Shown in pieces: positions 24,420 through 36,511 of a stretch of DNA of 64,000 bases (positions are counted from its first letter, which is position 1; each line of letters starts with the position of its first letter). The notes under the pieces were generated by a model. It did no database searches and was not told the origin of the DNA. It saw only the letters and a list, made by a program, of their open reading frames with translations. The position numbers and the translations under genes are program-made. This DNA comes from Basidiobolus meristosporus CBS 931.73 (lineage: Eukaryota > Fungi > Basidiobolomycota), in contig MCFE01000466.1 of assembly GCA_002104905.1 (NCBI GenBank), positions 6,334-70,333 of the forward strand. The letters are read 5' to 3'.

Positions 24420-25650
24420 CTTCATTGGAGTTTCTGGATATTATGTAAGTCGCTCATTTTGGTGTGTAAAGTGTAGACATGCTCCACAGTCAATATGCCG
24501 TATCAGAGAATCCCTATTCATGGCCATACTGAGTGTTGGTTTGGATGGTCTATCCTCAGCGGTGGCAGCATTCCTATGGTCATGCCATTTTGGCGCATTA
24601 TCACTTGGTGAGGCATTGGTCCATTGAGCATCCTTTCCTTCTGCAGCTGCTACAAGAGAGATTTACTGCTTTCACTAAAGGGTCTTGAGTATCTGCTCCG
24701 GGGGACCTCGTAGTGGTAAGAGTTTTACTGATATTGGAACCGATTGGGGGAACAATTCGATCGATTGGTTTTTGGTTGAAGATTTATAGATGGTAAAGGC
24801 AGTATTTGTGCTCTTACACAGTGGTGGCAAAGCAGACACAACGAATATGTTGAGAGTGGTCCCAAGAGCATGTTTGCAGAGCCTGTGGCTGGTTGGACAG
24901 CTTCGAGATATTTCATGTCTTGGGTGCCAGGTGGTTCGGTGAGATTATTCCAGGTCAATCCCAGTGTGGAATTTGGGCAGGATTCCTCAAGATTTACGGA
25001 CGATGATCCGAGGGACCAAGTCAGGTGAATATTCAGGTGGAATTAAGAACTTTCACAACAGTACGGAGCTCAGATATAGTTAGGCTAGCTCCAGTGGATG
25101 CGGCACCGCCAAATCAATGCATCTGCTGTGGTTTTCTCACTGTCTGAAGCACTTTTCCAGTGAACGACCTTTCCTTTTGCTGTGGCAGCTGGACAGCAGG
25201 ATGATCCTTTCGAGAGGTCTTGAGTACCTCAATCAATGATGATCACTGCTTATTATAAAGTGCTTTCTGCTTCCCGCTTAGCAGGGCATGGTTTTCATGA
25301 TTCTTCATGCAGGAGCCTTCTGCAGACTTGATTTGGGTCCGATCCACGGATCGGGATTTTAGGGCTGTCACAAGGCGCTGATACCTGTTCCTCCGGGTTT
25401 TCAGGAGGGTGACGATCACAGGACCATCCGGATTTTGGAACCTCTTTTTAGTGGGGAATCCCGGTGTTGAGAGCATCTTCGTGGCAGCTGGGCATGACTG
25501 ACCGGTGTCTTCCGAGGTCTTCCAAGCATTCCTCGCCGTTTTGGCTCTTGGACATCAAGCGAGCAGCTTGTCTTCGACCCTCAAGCGGATGGAGTTAAAA
25601 CGCACTTTGTTCTGTCTTTTGGTACACCAGAGCCTGTTCTCCCACACCTT
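24420..25650 (-). mobile_element. Diverged GC-rich copia gag/protease remnant containing an LTR copy (24712-25060)
   Basis: 25240-25640 aligns with gag at 13210-13700 (VIVTLLK..YQRLVTALKSR versus VIVTILNS..FQGLVSALESR). The 349-bp LTR is colinear with the other family members but CpG-containing. Confidence 0.75.
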
Positions 25651-26374
25651 CGGAAGGAGCTGCGTATACGGCTGCCCGTGAGGCTACAAAGGCTGTACTA
25701 TGGTTGAGAAAACTCTGCTTTGCGGGGGGGGGGGGGGGTTTCGGCCCATGGTGGACAAGGTTGAACCTTTGGTGTGCTTCCGGTACCTGGCCAATCCGGT
25801 GAGTCCGGTGATTTATTCCGAAGTGAACTGTGAGTCGAACCAAATCGTTTCAGCGAATCGGGTGCATGTTTAAAAGCAGGATACTCCAGGTAATATGTAG
25901 GCCATCGCATGACCGTGTCGCGAAGCCACGAACACCGGCGAAAGATCCCCCGGGGGCGGGGGGGGAGAGGAGAATCCGGTTTGGGGATTTCCGTTTGGAC
26001 ACGCTGGGATGGGGAGGGTGTTTGCGATGGGGAACTTCCCCGGAGGTTGTCAGGATATTTGTCTGCCTGGTTGGTAGGCCAGCCTGACTCCCCTCGCAAA
26101 TGGAATGGCGAGGCATCGTTCGGAGGGAATGATGCCGGGGAGCGGATGGGCTTCACTGGTCCGGTCTGGATGTTCCGGGTGGTTTATACATGTTGATGTG
26201 GACCGGGATTCATGGGTGGGTACAGAATGGGGGTTGGGTTGGGTGGTAGGGACACGAACACATGGTGGGAGGGTCTAAATTCGATTTGCCAGGGGGGATG
26301 GGCGAGGGTCAGGTAGGTCGGGAGGCGGTGGCGGTGGCGGTGATGGTGATGGTGGGTGGAGGTGGGGTGAGGGT

Positions 26375-29008
26375 TCAGTGGGTGAAGGATCTCTCCACGG
26401 AGGGGTGGATCTCGGTCTCCATGAAGGTGAACGCGGTGTCCATCTGATGCTGCAGGTGGAGGAGTTTCATCCGGATGGAGGCCGCGGTATCCGACCGGGA
26501 GAGACGCACCCTTCTCCCCGGGGCTTTCTTGAGGGTACGTCGGTGGGACTTCCCCGGGCGTCTGGCCATGTCTACGAGGGGGCCCGAGGGAAGGTTCGTC
26601 CCTTCCCGGCGGTAGTGATCCCCCTGGACGACAATCGGGTACATGTGCTCATCCAGACGCTGCTCCCCCTCCTCTCCCTCTTCCTCTTCCTCTTCCTCCT
26701 GGGCCTCACTTCTCCCCAGCCTCTCGAGCCTGGCCCAGTGGAGCACCGGTGAAAGTCCTCGCTGGGGGACTCCTCCTCGGAGTTGGTCTCGGAGTCAGTC
26801 TCCGCCGTCTCCGGGAGCTCCATCTGCTCCTGGAGGGCCTCCAGCTGCTGGATGGTGACGCTGCGTCGGGGCGGGGTCTCCACGTGGTTCGCCACCGCGT
26901 ATTCGACCCCCTCGAAGCTGGGCCTCAGCCCGTGCTGGGTGAGGATCCTATCCCCGATCTCGATCAGGCTGGTGGTATCGTCAGAGGAGTCGAAGGACCC
27001 CGACCCCTTGCCCGCACGAGAACCGGGCGGTCGACGCGGGGCCAACCCGCCGAGGGTGCTCTGGCGACGATGCAGCCCCACCGAAGGACGGGACCCAAGC
27101 CCGGTGAGGGTGGAGGCGCGCTTCCGGAAGTCAGCCAGGATGGGCTGGGGGGTAGGGTCAGGTTCAGTAAAGGTGACCGGGGAGTCAGGGTTGGTCACCC
27201 GCAGGATCATCCGAGACATCTCCGCGGGCTCGCACAGAGTGCCAATCGAGCTGGGTCGCACCTTGTGACGGACGGATTCTTTTCGGGTGAGTATGGAGGC
27301 TGAAAGGGAAGGGGGAGGCGTGAGTAGTGGGATGGAGAGGCAGGCCTCGAGCATGGCTTACCTCTTCGTGGGTTCTTGCCCGTGTTGGGGGCAGGACTCT
27401 CTCTGACGGGGACCGATGAATCGAATGGTGTACGGGCGGTTGCATCGATGGTCGAAATGTCTGGGTCCCCCGTGGTGGCGGGTCCGAAGCACCGAGGTGC
27501 CGGATGGAATATATTGGGTGGGGTGTCGCTCCACGAGGAGGGGTGAGCTATGTAGATAGGTAAACGGAGGGGTTTCCATTTACTTCGTACGTCCCGTAGT
27601 GAGCGAGGGTGGGGGAGTTCGGTGAGATGGACAGCCACTTACCAGAACGGGGTGATTAGGTCGATCTGGACCTCATAGGAGACCTGAATGAGGGAGGTGT
27701 TTCGTAGCGAATAGCACGAGGGCTGAGGAGAAATTGGAAGTTAGCGTGGCTTAGAGTCGACGGCGGAATTCCTTTGAAATTCTCCCTACCGGCACACCAA
27801 GTGCAACCACCGAACCACGGTTCTCCCCCGCGGGCACCGCCCAATCGTGACCTTGGTAGACCGCCTCGGTGACCAGGATGCGATTGTCCATCCCTGGCGA
27901 CAATCGACCGCCCGAGTCGGTCCTGGTCAAATCATGGTTGCCAGAGATCTGCTGCCACAACGATAATTTCAGCCCACCAACCTAATTTTGAGAAGTTAGC
28001 CGGGGTTGCGAAGGCTTGACTATCCGTGCAGGTGCAGATGTCGGTGCTGGACTACCCACCGTTTTTTTCCCAAGGTTGCTGATCAGGGCTTGGACATAGA
28101 TCAATCCACCCGCCGCAACCATCCCCCTGGTCAGCTCCGCGCTCATGGAGATCCTCTCCTTGGTCTCCCCGCGGACCTCCTCGGAGTTGTTGACGATCGC
28201 GGGGATGGTCCGGGCGTTGGCCACCTCGAACTCGGTCCACTTCTCGTAGACCTGGGCGAACCGGTTGTGCGCCAGGTTCTCCTTCCTGTCGTTGGACTTC
28301 ATGGCGACCGCGCTGCAGCTCAACTGTCAATTGGGGAACGGGGCTTTGGATGCATGGTCAATGGAACCCCACCTACCCTGAGACAACGTAACGAACCCCG
28401 CCTATCCTCGACACGTAACTGCTGGGGAGGTTGTTGGATAACTCGATAGAAAATGGGAACGTGGTCTTCCCGGCTTTCGCCGGGTAGTACCCGTCAGCGT
28501 CTGTGGACCGAAGGTTAGCTCGGTGCTGAGGCGGAAGGAGAAAATGGGTGGTGGACGGGTGCGCTACTCACCGGACGGGGTGTTCGGTTTCACCGCGTCG
28601 GAGGGGGAACCCGGTTCCTGGAGGACCAGGCGGGACTTGTAGAAGATCCTACGTCGAAGCGAGGTGTTTTTGCTGCTCCTTTCTACGTCTAGGTGATGTT
28701 TGGGGAACCGGTTAAGTAAGAGAAACGACCCCCCCCCCTCACGAGGGTAAAGTGAACAAGGACCCACCTTCGAAACCGGTCACCTCGACCACGACCTGGC
28801 CCAGCCTGACCAGCTCCTCCGAGGCGCAGGTCAGCTCCAGCCTACCGCTGAGGTGACCGCCTGCGTTGTAGAAAGGTTTGTCGAAGAACAGGTTCACCCG
28901 GACGTTCCCTTGCTTGCTCCCCTGCTTTCCGGGGGCGAAGATGAAGGAGTACTTCTCCGAGGTTTTCACCACGGCTACTGACTGGGTGGATCTCGTTTCC
29001 GGGGCCAT
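26375..29008 (-). CDS. Multi-exon arrestin-fold (alpha-arrestin-like) protein with long disordered C-terminus; 3' end uncertain
   Basis: N-domain VRVNLFFDKPFYNAGGHLSGRLELTC..VVVEVTGFE, TTFPFSIEL..LPSSY..GGVRYVVS; C-domain NTSLIQVSYEVQIDL. GT-AG introns near 28690-28766, ~28500-28570, ~28325-28375, ~27985-28070 and ~27290-27360. Frame discontinuity near 26700-26750. Confidence 0.7.
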
Positions 29009-29709
29009 CTAGAGGTGGAGGTAAGGTTCTTTGCCGACCGCTGTGTAGTGGGAAATGAAGAAAATGCCCCCAAGTCACGCCGAGCTGCAGCCCAAAAAAA
29101 CCCACCAGCCCATCGAGCGCAGCCGCTGCAATCCATGAGATTCTCATCTGAAAATTGACCACCCCCCACCCTCCCCTCCTTCAATGTTGCACATCCTGGA
29201 ATATGGCCATTATGCGTGATTCGTCTCACTTGCCAATAAGCATGTCCTACATCACCAACTTAATTCCCTGGAAAATCATCGACTTCGGGAGAATTACCGA
29301 TGTTTCTTCTCACCGCCGATTGGACTCGATTGAGAGGATTTCCAACCCCTAAGCGTTTCGGTTTGGTTGCGAGCATTGGCCTGTGTCGTACGGATTTAGT
29401 TAGACTTCAACACGCGCCATTTGTGCGATCACTCCGGGATGTTTACCCGGGCACCCAAAGAAGCACCCGACTCCGTTGAATATGGTGAACGACTTCCCCC
29501 TCCACTACGCCAGCAATCCGGGTATTCAGTTTAGCAACGAAGCCCTCTACTGTTGGGGAAGATAGCTTTTAATCGATTGGTGAGTTAATTAGAAATGATT
29601 GTGGCTGCTTTGTACATGGATGGGATCAGCTATTTACAGTAATGGTCAGAAATTCTACGAGCGGGATGATTAGCAATGTTGTCGAATTAGTTGACGAAAG
29701 GGAGACTCT

Positions 29710-30507
29710 CTATTCTTCATCCTCGCTACTACTCTCGACGAAGGGAGGGCTAAGCTCGATATTATGCTGAGAAGAAAGTGGGTATGGGTTGCAGGTGAAT
29801 GAGTGATGGTATTTGGGTCGGATGGAAGGATAAGAGGTGAATGAGCCAGGATTGCTCCGCTTCTTATGGTTGGTCAGAGCGACAGGAGGCTGAACGGGCG
29901 TTTCAACTCTGGGAAGCGACTCTTTAACCTCCAGGGAGTTGTCGACTTTGTTGATGAGGAGCGTGGACCACCAGGAAAATAGTGGTGAGGACACGAAGAT
30001 GTTATAATTCAACAGCTTCAAGAATCCTCGCTCGTTCTCGTTGATCTCCTTGACGCTCAATCCAGACAATCGCGCCCATCCTAAATTGGTGGTCCCTCGG
30101 TCCTGGAGAAACTTTGTAGCGACGATAATGGCGGCTAGAAACATCCTACGTCCGCATCCGTAATGGCCCCGGCAGCCTTCCAGGAGAGATTGATTGCATT
30201 CCTTGGCCAAAGCAGATTTCAGGCGAAAAAGATAGATCAGGGCGATAAGTAGGGTGGAGAACGAGGTGCGAGAGCGGCGCAAGACCTCCTGGATGTATAT
30301 TCTCAAGGGAACCGCTTGCTGCTCGGAAGCCTCGCTGGGCCAGATGTATTGGATAAACAACACTGTCTCATCTGCAAGAAAGGAATGATTAGAGCTCGGA
30401 GCTATGCGAACGTCTACACGCTGACAAGACCTACCTATTAGTATGTTGATCAGCTCAGGTCGAGAGAATTGACGAGGCTTCGCAGGGAAGTGGGATTGTG
30501 TATTCAT
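29710..30507 (-). CDS. PCL/Pho80-family cyclin (Pas1/Clg1-like), copy 1
   Basis: IWP..LRIYIQEVLRRSRTSFSTL..CGRRMFLAAIIVATKFLQD..WARLSGL..EINENERGFLKLLNY. Predicted 63-bp intron 30372-30434 (GTAGG..CTAAT..TTGCAG); ATG at 30507. Confidence 0.9.
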   Translation of the reverse strand: MNTQSHFPAKPRQFSRPELINILIGRSCQRVDVRIAPSSNHSFLADETVLFIQYIWPSEASEQQAVPLRIYIQEVLRRSRTSFSTLLIALIYLFRLKSALAKECNQSLLEGCRGHYGCGRRMFLAAIIVATKFLQDRGTTNLGWARLSGLSVKEINENERGFLKLLNYNIFVSSPLFSWWSTLLINKVDNSLEVKESLPRVETPVQPPVALTNHKKRSNPGSFTSYPSIRPKYHHSFTCNPYPLSSQHNIELSPPFVESSSEDEE

Positions 30508-31783
30508 TGAAGATTGATGGCTGAGCTTCAGACAGACCCACTGATTTAAATACGTCCCTCTCGGGTTCAATGGATAGATTTACCCTTATGGCATTATTGG
30601 CGTGATTGGTCAGCAAGTACGGAAATCACCAACAGCGCTGGCATTATCTAGGCGGAATTGGGGCCTCTTATCACTTATTATAGCTTAATATATTTAGCCC
30701 AGTATTCGGGCTCACTAGATCATCACCACCCGAAGAAATGGGTTTGTTGTGCATACAACGTCTCTCCGAGTAGCACCAGATTGATCAACCTTGAGGGTTA
30801 GATATGGCCAACTTGTTTATGCAAGTAGCCGGTTCCTCCCCAACTCTAAGCTTGGTAGTGCTAATGAATAACATAGGAAAGACGGGCCGACACCGATTCG
30901 AAGATTCCGATGTAGAATTCCCAACAATTAATCTATATTTCAAACGCAGCACGGCGGTGGTGGTTCCCATTCCATCAGTAGCGGGATAAACGGTTCTGGC
31001 AGCTGCAACGTGTCACGAGGAGCCCTACAATCAACTGGATTTCAGTAACCTTTTCTAGCAATGAGAGTACCATCAATGTCGGGTAATAGACCTTCCGACT
31101 AGCAAGATTAATATTAATTCTGCTGGATTCGGAATAATACGTCGTATATTTATCATCGCTCATTCATTCAGCCGAGGGATGCTGGTAGTGTTGGATGCTC
31201 CTACCCCATTTCTATTGTGCTGATTGGTAGCTAGGAGTGCTCTTCACCCGGGTTGCTTTCTTTAAGGTTTTGATGATGCAGTGGTGATTTGTTTAAAAAT
31301 AGAACTACCCCCAGACCAGGGAGTAGGACATTTTCCCCATATTAGTCACCACTTCGGCTATCTAGATGGCGAGGTATATTACCAAGAAGCTTAAGTATGT
31401 GTGATGATTTGAGCAGACTTGGTCCGCTGTATGTCGTATAAATGTCCAATACCTGCTGGAGGATGGCCAACAACCACAACACCTTCTCAAGCCTCTTCCT
31501 TGGCACAGCTCTTCCCGTTCGTGGAGGTTGGCTTTACTTTCCGGTCTTTTCTCGGCCGCCGAGTGTTTTCCGATGTTCGGCAGAGCTCTCCCGAATATTT
31601 CCAAGAAAAAGGAATTTTCTTTATTGGTAGCTGAGAATAAACAGAACATAGAAAATCCAACGGAACGAATTTGAAGAAAAATAAATAAGTATGCAAATAA
31701 CCCATCGTCCACAAAAAAGCAATACGGTATTGCCAAGTCTTAGCGTAATTGATTAACCAGTGCAAAATGTTCCTAAACCCGGC

Positions 31784-33970
31784 CTACCCCCGGTCACAAT
31801 TGGTGGAACCCCCTCGAAGAACAGGCGAGGGTGAAGATAAGGCTGGGCTCAAGTTGACAAAATGCATTGGTTGGTTTGGGCAAAATTCACTCGACTGTAA
31901 GCCAGCGATGCTTTTTGTCTGCGAAGCTGTTGGATAAGGTGAATATTGCGCATGTGGCTTACAACGATATCCAACTGGCACTTTGACCCCAAGTTGCTTG
32001 GAGGTCGCGGAGTCAACTGAGCTTCTGACTGAACAGCTACGCTGCTTGCTTTCGCAGTGGGCATGCTGCTTCCGAATGTTGCTGATACATTCACGAACAT
32101 ACTTGATCTTGCCGATCTGCATCTGTTGGACGAGTGGGAACTCACCTGTCTCGAGCTGACGAATATGACCCCCGGTAGTTGCTGTAGAAGAGCATTGGAT
32201 TGAACTGGCACGAGATTCAGATTGTACGCAATTTGCAATGGAGCGTTTGCTGCAAACGGCTTCGGTAGTGGCTACGCCAATTGATTGCCTATTTTGCTGG
32301 CAGATGCTACTTGGTTCTAGAATCTTCTCTGAGGTGCTGCATGCAGTCGATACATTGTCTGAATGTACAGAGGCTCTCGATTGAGGACATCCAACGCCTG
32401 GCTTGACAGGGTTGCTGCACGCAGTGTTAGCATTAGATTCACCACTGAATTGCGCGACAATGCCCGACTTCATCACTGACAGGCCACTCGAATCACCACC
32501 TGCTGCATTCGCAGCCTTCGCAGCCTGGCTGTGATTAATATAATTAATCAACATCGAGGACCAGCGTGCAAACACAGTTGGAGGTACGAAGAGGCGATAG
32601 TCAATCAGGCGTAAAAAGGCAATTTCGTTATGGTTGATCTCAGACGAGCTCAGCCCTGTGATCTTTGCCCAGGCCTTGTTGGAGTAGTTTTTATCCTGCA
32701 AAAACTTGGAAGCAACAATGAGAGAAGCAAGAAACATTCTGCGAGCACAATACACGGGATCCAGGGAGGTAGAGTGGCATTGCTGATTCCCCTTGTTTGC
32801 CGAGGCCGAATCTTGACTACCAGGACCATGGTTGATCACTTGGGCTGGAGTCAGGGGTGGAGATGGGAATGGAAACCCTGTGGTGGGCAAAGCAATCCCG
32901 TCAAGGCCAATATCAAACACCGAGATGACGGGGCTCATAGGTGGGGATGTTTGGCCCATCTCCTTGGTTGCCGAAGAAAGACCGCCAGAACGTGGTATCA
33001 GATCTTTTACACGAAAAAGATAGAATAGCGCAGTCTGCAGAGTGGAGAAAGACGTTCTGGATCTCTGCAATGTTTCCCGGATGAAAACTCGGAGTGGGAG
33101 AATTTTCGTCTTTGTGGAAGCAGAGTGGTTCGGCCAAATGGATTCGATGATCATGGCAGCAACATCTGTTGTTCGGGAAGCGTGGAAAAACCGAGATATA
33201 AAGAAAAACAAAAAAATCAGCACCGGTTCTGTGAGCTATCATCAAAGTCAATGGCTAGTGCCTCAAAGTCTGTGCACGAATCGAAGAGTGAAAGGTGAAA
33301 AAGTGAAGTGTATGTGTGTGGCCGAAAAAAAATATGGGACAAGGGTAGCCATGACTTCTAAGCTTGATAGCAAAGCTTATATCAAAACACTCTCTCAAAC
33401 GTCACGTCTTCGATTAATCATGGAGAAATAGGTAAAAGTATAGAAAAATGGGTACAGAAACCCTTCCAGCAAATATAATACAGAAGTGCACAGAACAAGA
33501 ACTCGATGGAATGAAATTACTAGTAAACAGAACTCACCGACAAGAGATTCCACAAAATCAGCTTTGTTACACTTCACAGAGCCAGGAAGCTGGCCGCTTG
33601 GTGTTGGAGGGCATGACTGAGGCTTGTGATTCTGACGTGCAGCTTTGGGGAGCGTTTCGTGAGACGAGGGCGCGAAGTTGTTTGTCTGAGGAATAGGTTT
33701 AGTTTGAGGTTGTCGTAAATATCCCGGGGGAGCGTTGATATTGAATGGTGTGACAGTATTTTCCTCGAACGATATTTTGTCTTGAGTGGTGGAAGGGTTT
33801 TGGGAGAGAGGCGGAACTTCGATATGTTGTTGCGGTCCACTCAGAACCCGGCTGTCGCCGCTCCCGCAGAAGGCCGCTTGGCGGCGCAGGAGGGGAGCGG
33901 AATCGTTATTCCAGTGCTGAGTTTGTCCAGTCACCAAGGTATATCCTGTGGGGAAGTTTTGCGTTTGCAT
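31784..33970 (-). CDS. PCL/Pho80-family cyclin (Pas1/Clg1-like), copy 2, ~604 aa
   Basis: join(33538-33970, 31784-33165), with a 372-bp intron GTGAG..ACAG. FVESLV|DVAAMIIESIWP..RSRTSFSTLQTAL..CARRMFLASLIVASKFLQDKNYSNKAWAKITGL. Confidence 0.92.
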
Positions 33971-35571
33971 ATCGTAGGAAAAGGCGGGCTGAAAGAAGAG
34001 GTTCAAATACTTAAAGTCTTACTGAATCTTATCTTTCAAGCCTATATGAGAAATGTGTGTGAAAGGGAAGAAAAGGTGGGAGAAAAAACGGTTCAAAAAA
34101 TACTTTGTCAAGTATTCAAGTCTGTAAAATCGCTAACGAACAGTTAGCAACGTAGGAATAGAAGGGAAGGTGGGGTGGTCAAGGGACTTTTTCTTTTTTT
34201 TCCAAGAGTCTTAGTAGTGCGAAAATAGGTAACGCTGAATTACCATAAAAAGTGGGTAATTGAGTAGAGAAGTGGTGGTAGATGTTTCGTAAAGTACGAA
34301 TCTCTTTGTTGGACAGAACTAATATAACCTTTATGGTTTTAACACAAGCAGTAAGCCATCTTCGTACTTTGATACTATAGTTGTGTGTTACAATAAAGGC
34401 CTGAATAACAGAAAAGAAGGGTAAAGGGGAGAATTCGTAATTAGTTATGGAAAACAGCGAAGAAATTTGGGCAAGTGAAGGGTGGACTGAAAGTGCGGGT
34501 ATTTGCTTACGAGTAGCGAACACTAGCACCAAGATGAAATAGTTGGCAAAAAAATAGCACGAAAGTTCAACAAAAGAGCGTTGCTAGAATAGCGAAAATT
34601 TTACCAAGCTAACTCAAGTCAAGCTAGAGCTAGAGCACGAGTTAAGAGATTCAATAAAAAAATCAGCCGATTCGAGGACTCAGCTATCCAAGACTGTATG
34701 CGCAATTTTCATTTCCGAAACAATCAATCAGAGACGCAGCACTTAATCATGGCATCTAGAATTACCCCGAATAACTGCTCACTTCCTGGCAATATTCTCA
34801 TGGAACTAATGTAAATACAATGAAACATGTTTAGAATAACTCGATGCTGCAGTTTTTAAGTACAATACTGGAAGCTAGATTAATTATTCGTGTGGGTTGG
34901 TGGGCTATGCCTAATGATTGGCCACCACCCCAGCTCTCATCTGATTTGTCGAGGCCTCCAATAGGCCATGGGATGACCAATTTATTTCACAAGCGATCCG
35001 CAGCAAACGAATGATCTCGTTTGACACCGCTTTCGTAGGCTCCAGCAAAGGAACAATCCATTTGTGCTACTGGTGTCCATACCCACAAGTGTGTGCTGGT
35101 GAGAGAATTTTCATCCGCTGCGGTGCAAACATCTGCTGATTAATTAGCTGAACCGCCTTCAAATTGCTTGATCTGCCTGCGGACGGGTGCTGCGGACGGA
35201 CGCCCCTGTCATATCGAGGGGATGATTGGGTGGTGGTGGATGTTGCGTGAGCCAATGGGGCAGATGCTGCCTTGGCATATGAATCAGGAATTGATGCACT
35301 AATATGTGTCTAATCCAATCCACCTTGCTCTTTGAGTGGTCGACGAAGCCACGCAACGTATGGTGTTCCAAAGACAGGCAGATAACATCCAACAACCAGC
35401 ATATAGTGACAGTGGCATTGTGCCAAGGGGGAATAGGCAAACTAGCGGCCGTGATTATTAATTCAATGTGTATGAGGGACGATTAGTGTTTGCATCAATG
35501 CCTGGGTTGCGGGTGGGTTTGCGAGGGGATTTACACAGAAGGGGTCAAAAGTTGCACATCCTAAGTGTGAC

Positions 35572-36273
35572 CTACGGTGTGAATGGTTGCTTCTTGCTGG
35601 GGGAGAGTAAAAAATCGACCGAGCATTTGTTGCTCTTGGATGGGTGATTGATCTTGTTCTTGGGATACGGGCTGAATCGTGATTTGCTGGGGTTGGCCGG
35701 TTGAATGCGATCTCTCCTGATTGTTGGGGACCACAATGGACGCAGGATTTGTTGAGCGTTGGTCAAGGAGGCGAGCAATTTCGACCATTGACGAAAAATC
35801 GAGTCCGAGACAAACAGGCGATGGTCTATCAATTCCAGGAATGCAATCTCCATGGAATTCACCTCAGACACACTGGTATTGGTGATTCGGGCCCAGTGGG
35901 AATTCTTGCTATTCTGATCCAGAAGAAATTTGCTCGCCACCATGATCGAGGAGAGCAGCATCCGACGCCCGCACTTGCAATGGTCTGGGGTGCCCTGTTG
36001 TGAAGATTTGTGTCGGCTTGCCAGCTTAGCTCTCAAGAGATAGAGTAGCGCGGTTTGAACTGATGAATGTGCCTATAGATACCAATTGGGATTTCCTGCA
36101 GCTTGAGTGGTTTGGCCAAGATAAATCAAGAATAGTCACCACTACGCCTGAAATTGGGCTTAGTAAAGGGAGAGCAATATCGAGGGTGACTGGTTACCGA
36201 TCGTACTATCAACCGCTTGTTGGTTCACAGATTGCGAGTGAGATATCAGAGCAATGATTATGAGGCTGGTCAT
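35572..36273 (-). pseudogene. PCL-family cyclin copy 3, frameshifted by an internal deletion
   Basis: Exon 1 MTSLIII..QAVDSTI (36198-36273), 50-bp intron, then GVVVTILDLSWPN..GTFI. It then jumps frame to VQTALLYLLRAK..CGRRMLLSSIMVASKFLLD. The segment matching RETLQRSRTSFST of copy 2 is absent at ~36060. Confidence 0.75.
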
Positions 36274-36511
36274 TTAGTTAAATATAGGATAGTCCTTCTA
36301 GGCCGGTTATGTAATCTGGCCATGACTAATCCCTCGAATGGCATTATTGATGAGCCATAGCGGGCCGTAATAGGCAATGGCAAAGCAGATTTGGTTGGAA
36401 TATGTGTATTAGGTATGAATGTTTGCATCCACAATATACATGCAGCTGGTGGTTCAGTATTTACAAGCGGCGACTATGAAATACAAGTGACAAGCGACAG
36501 GTGGCCCGGGA

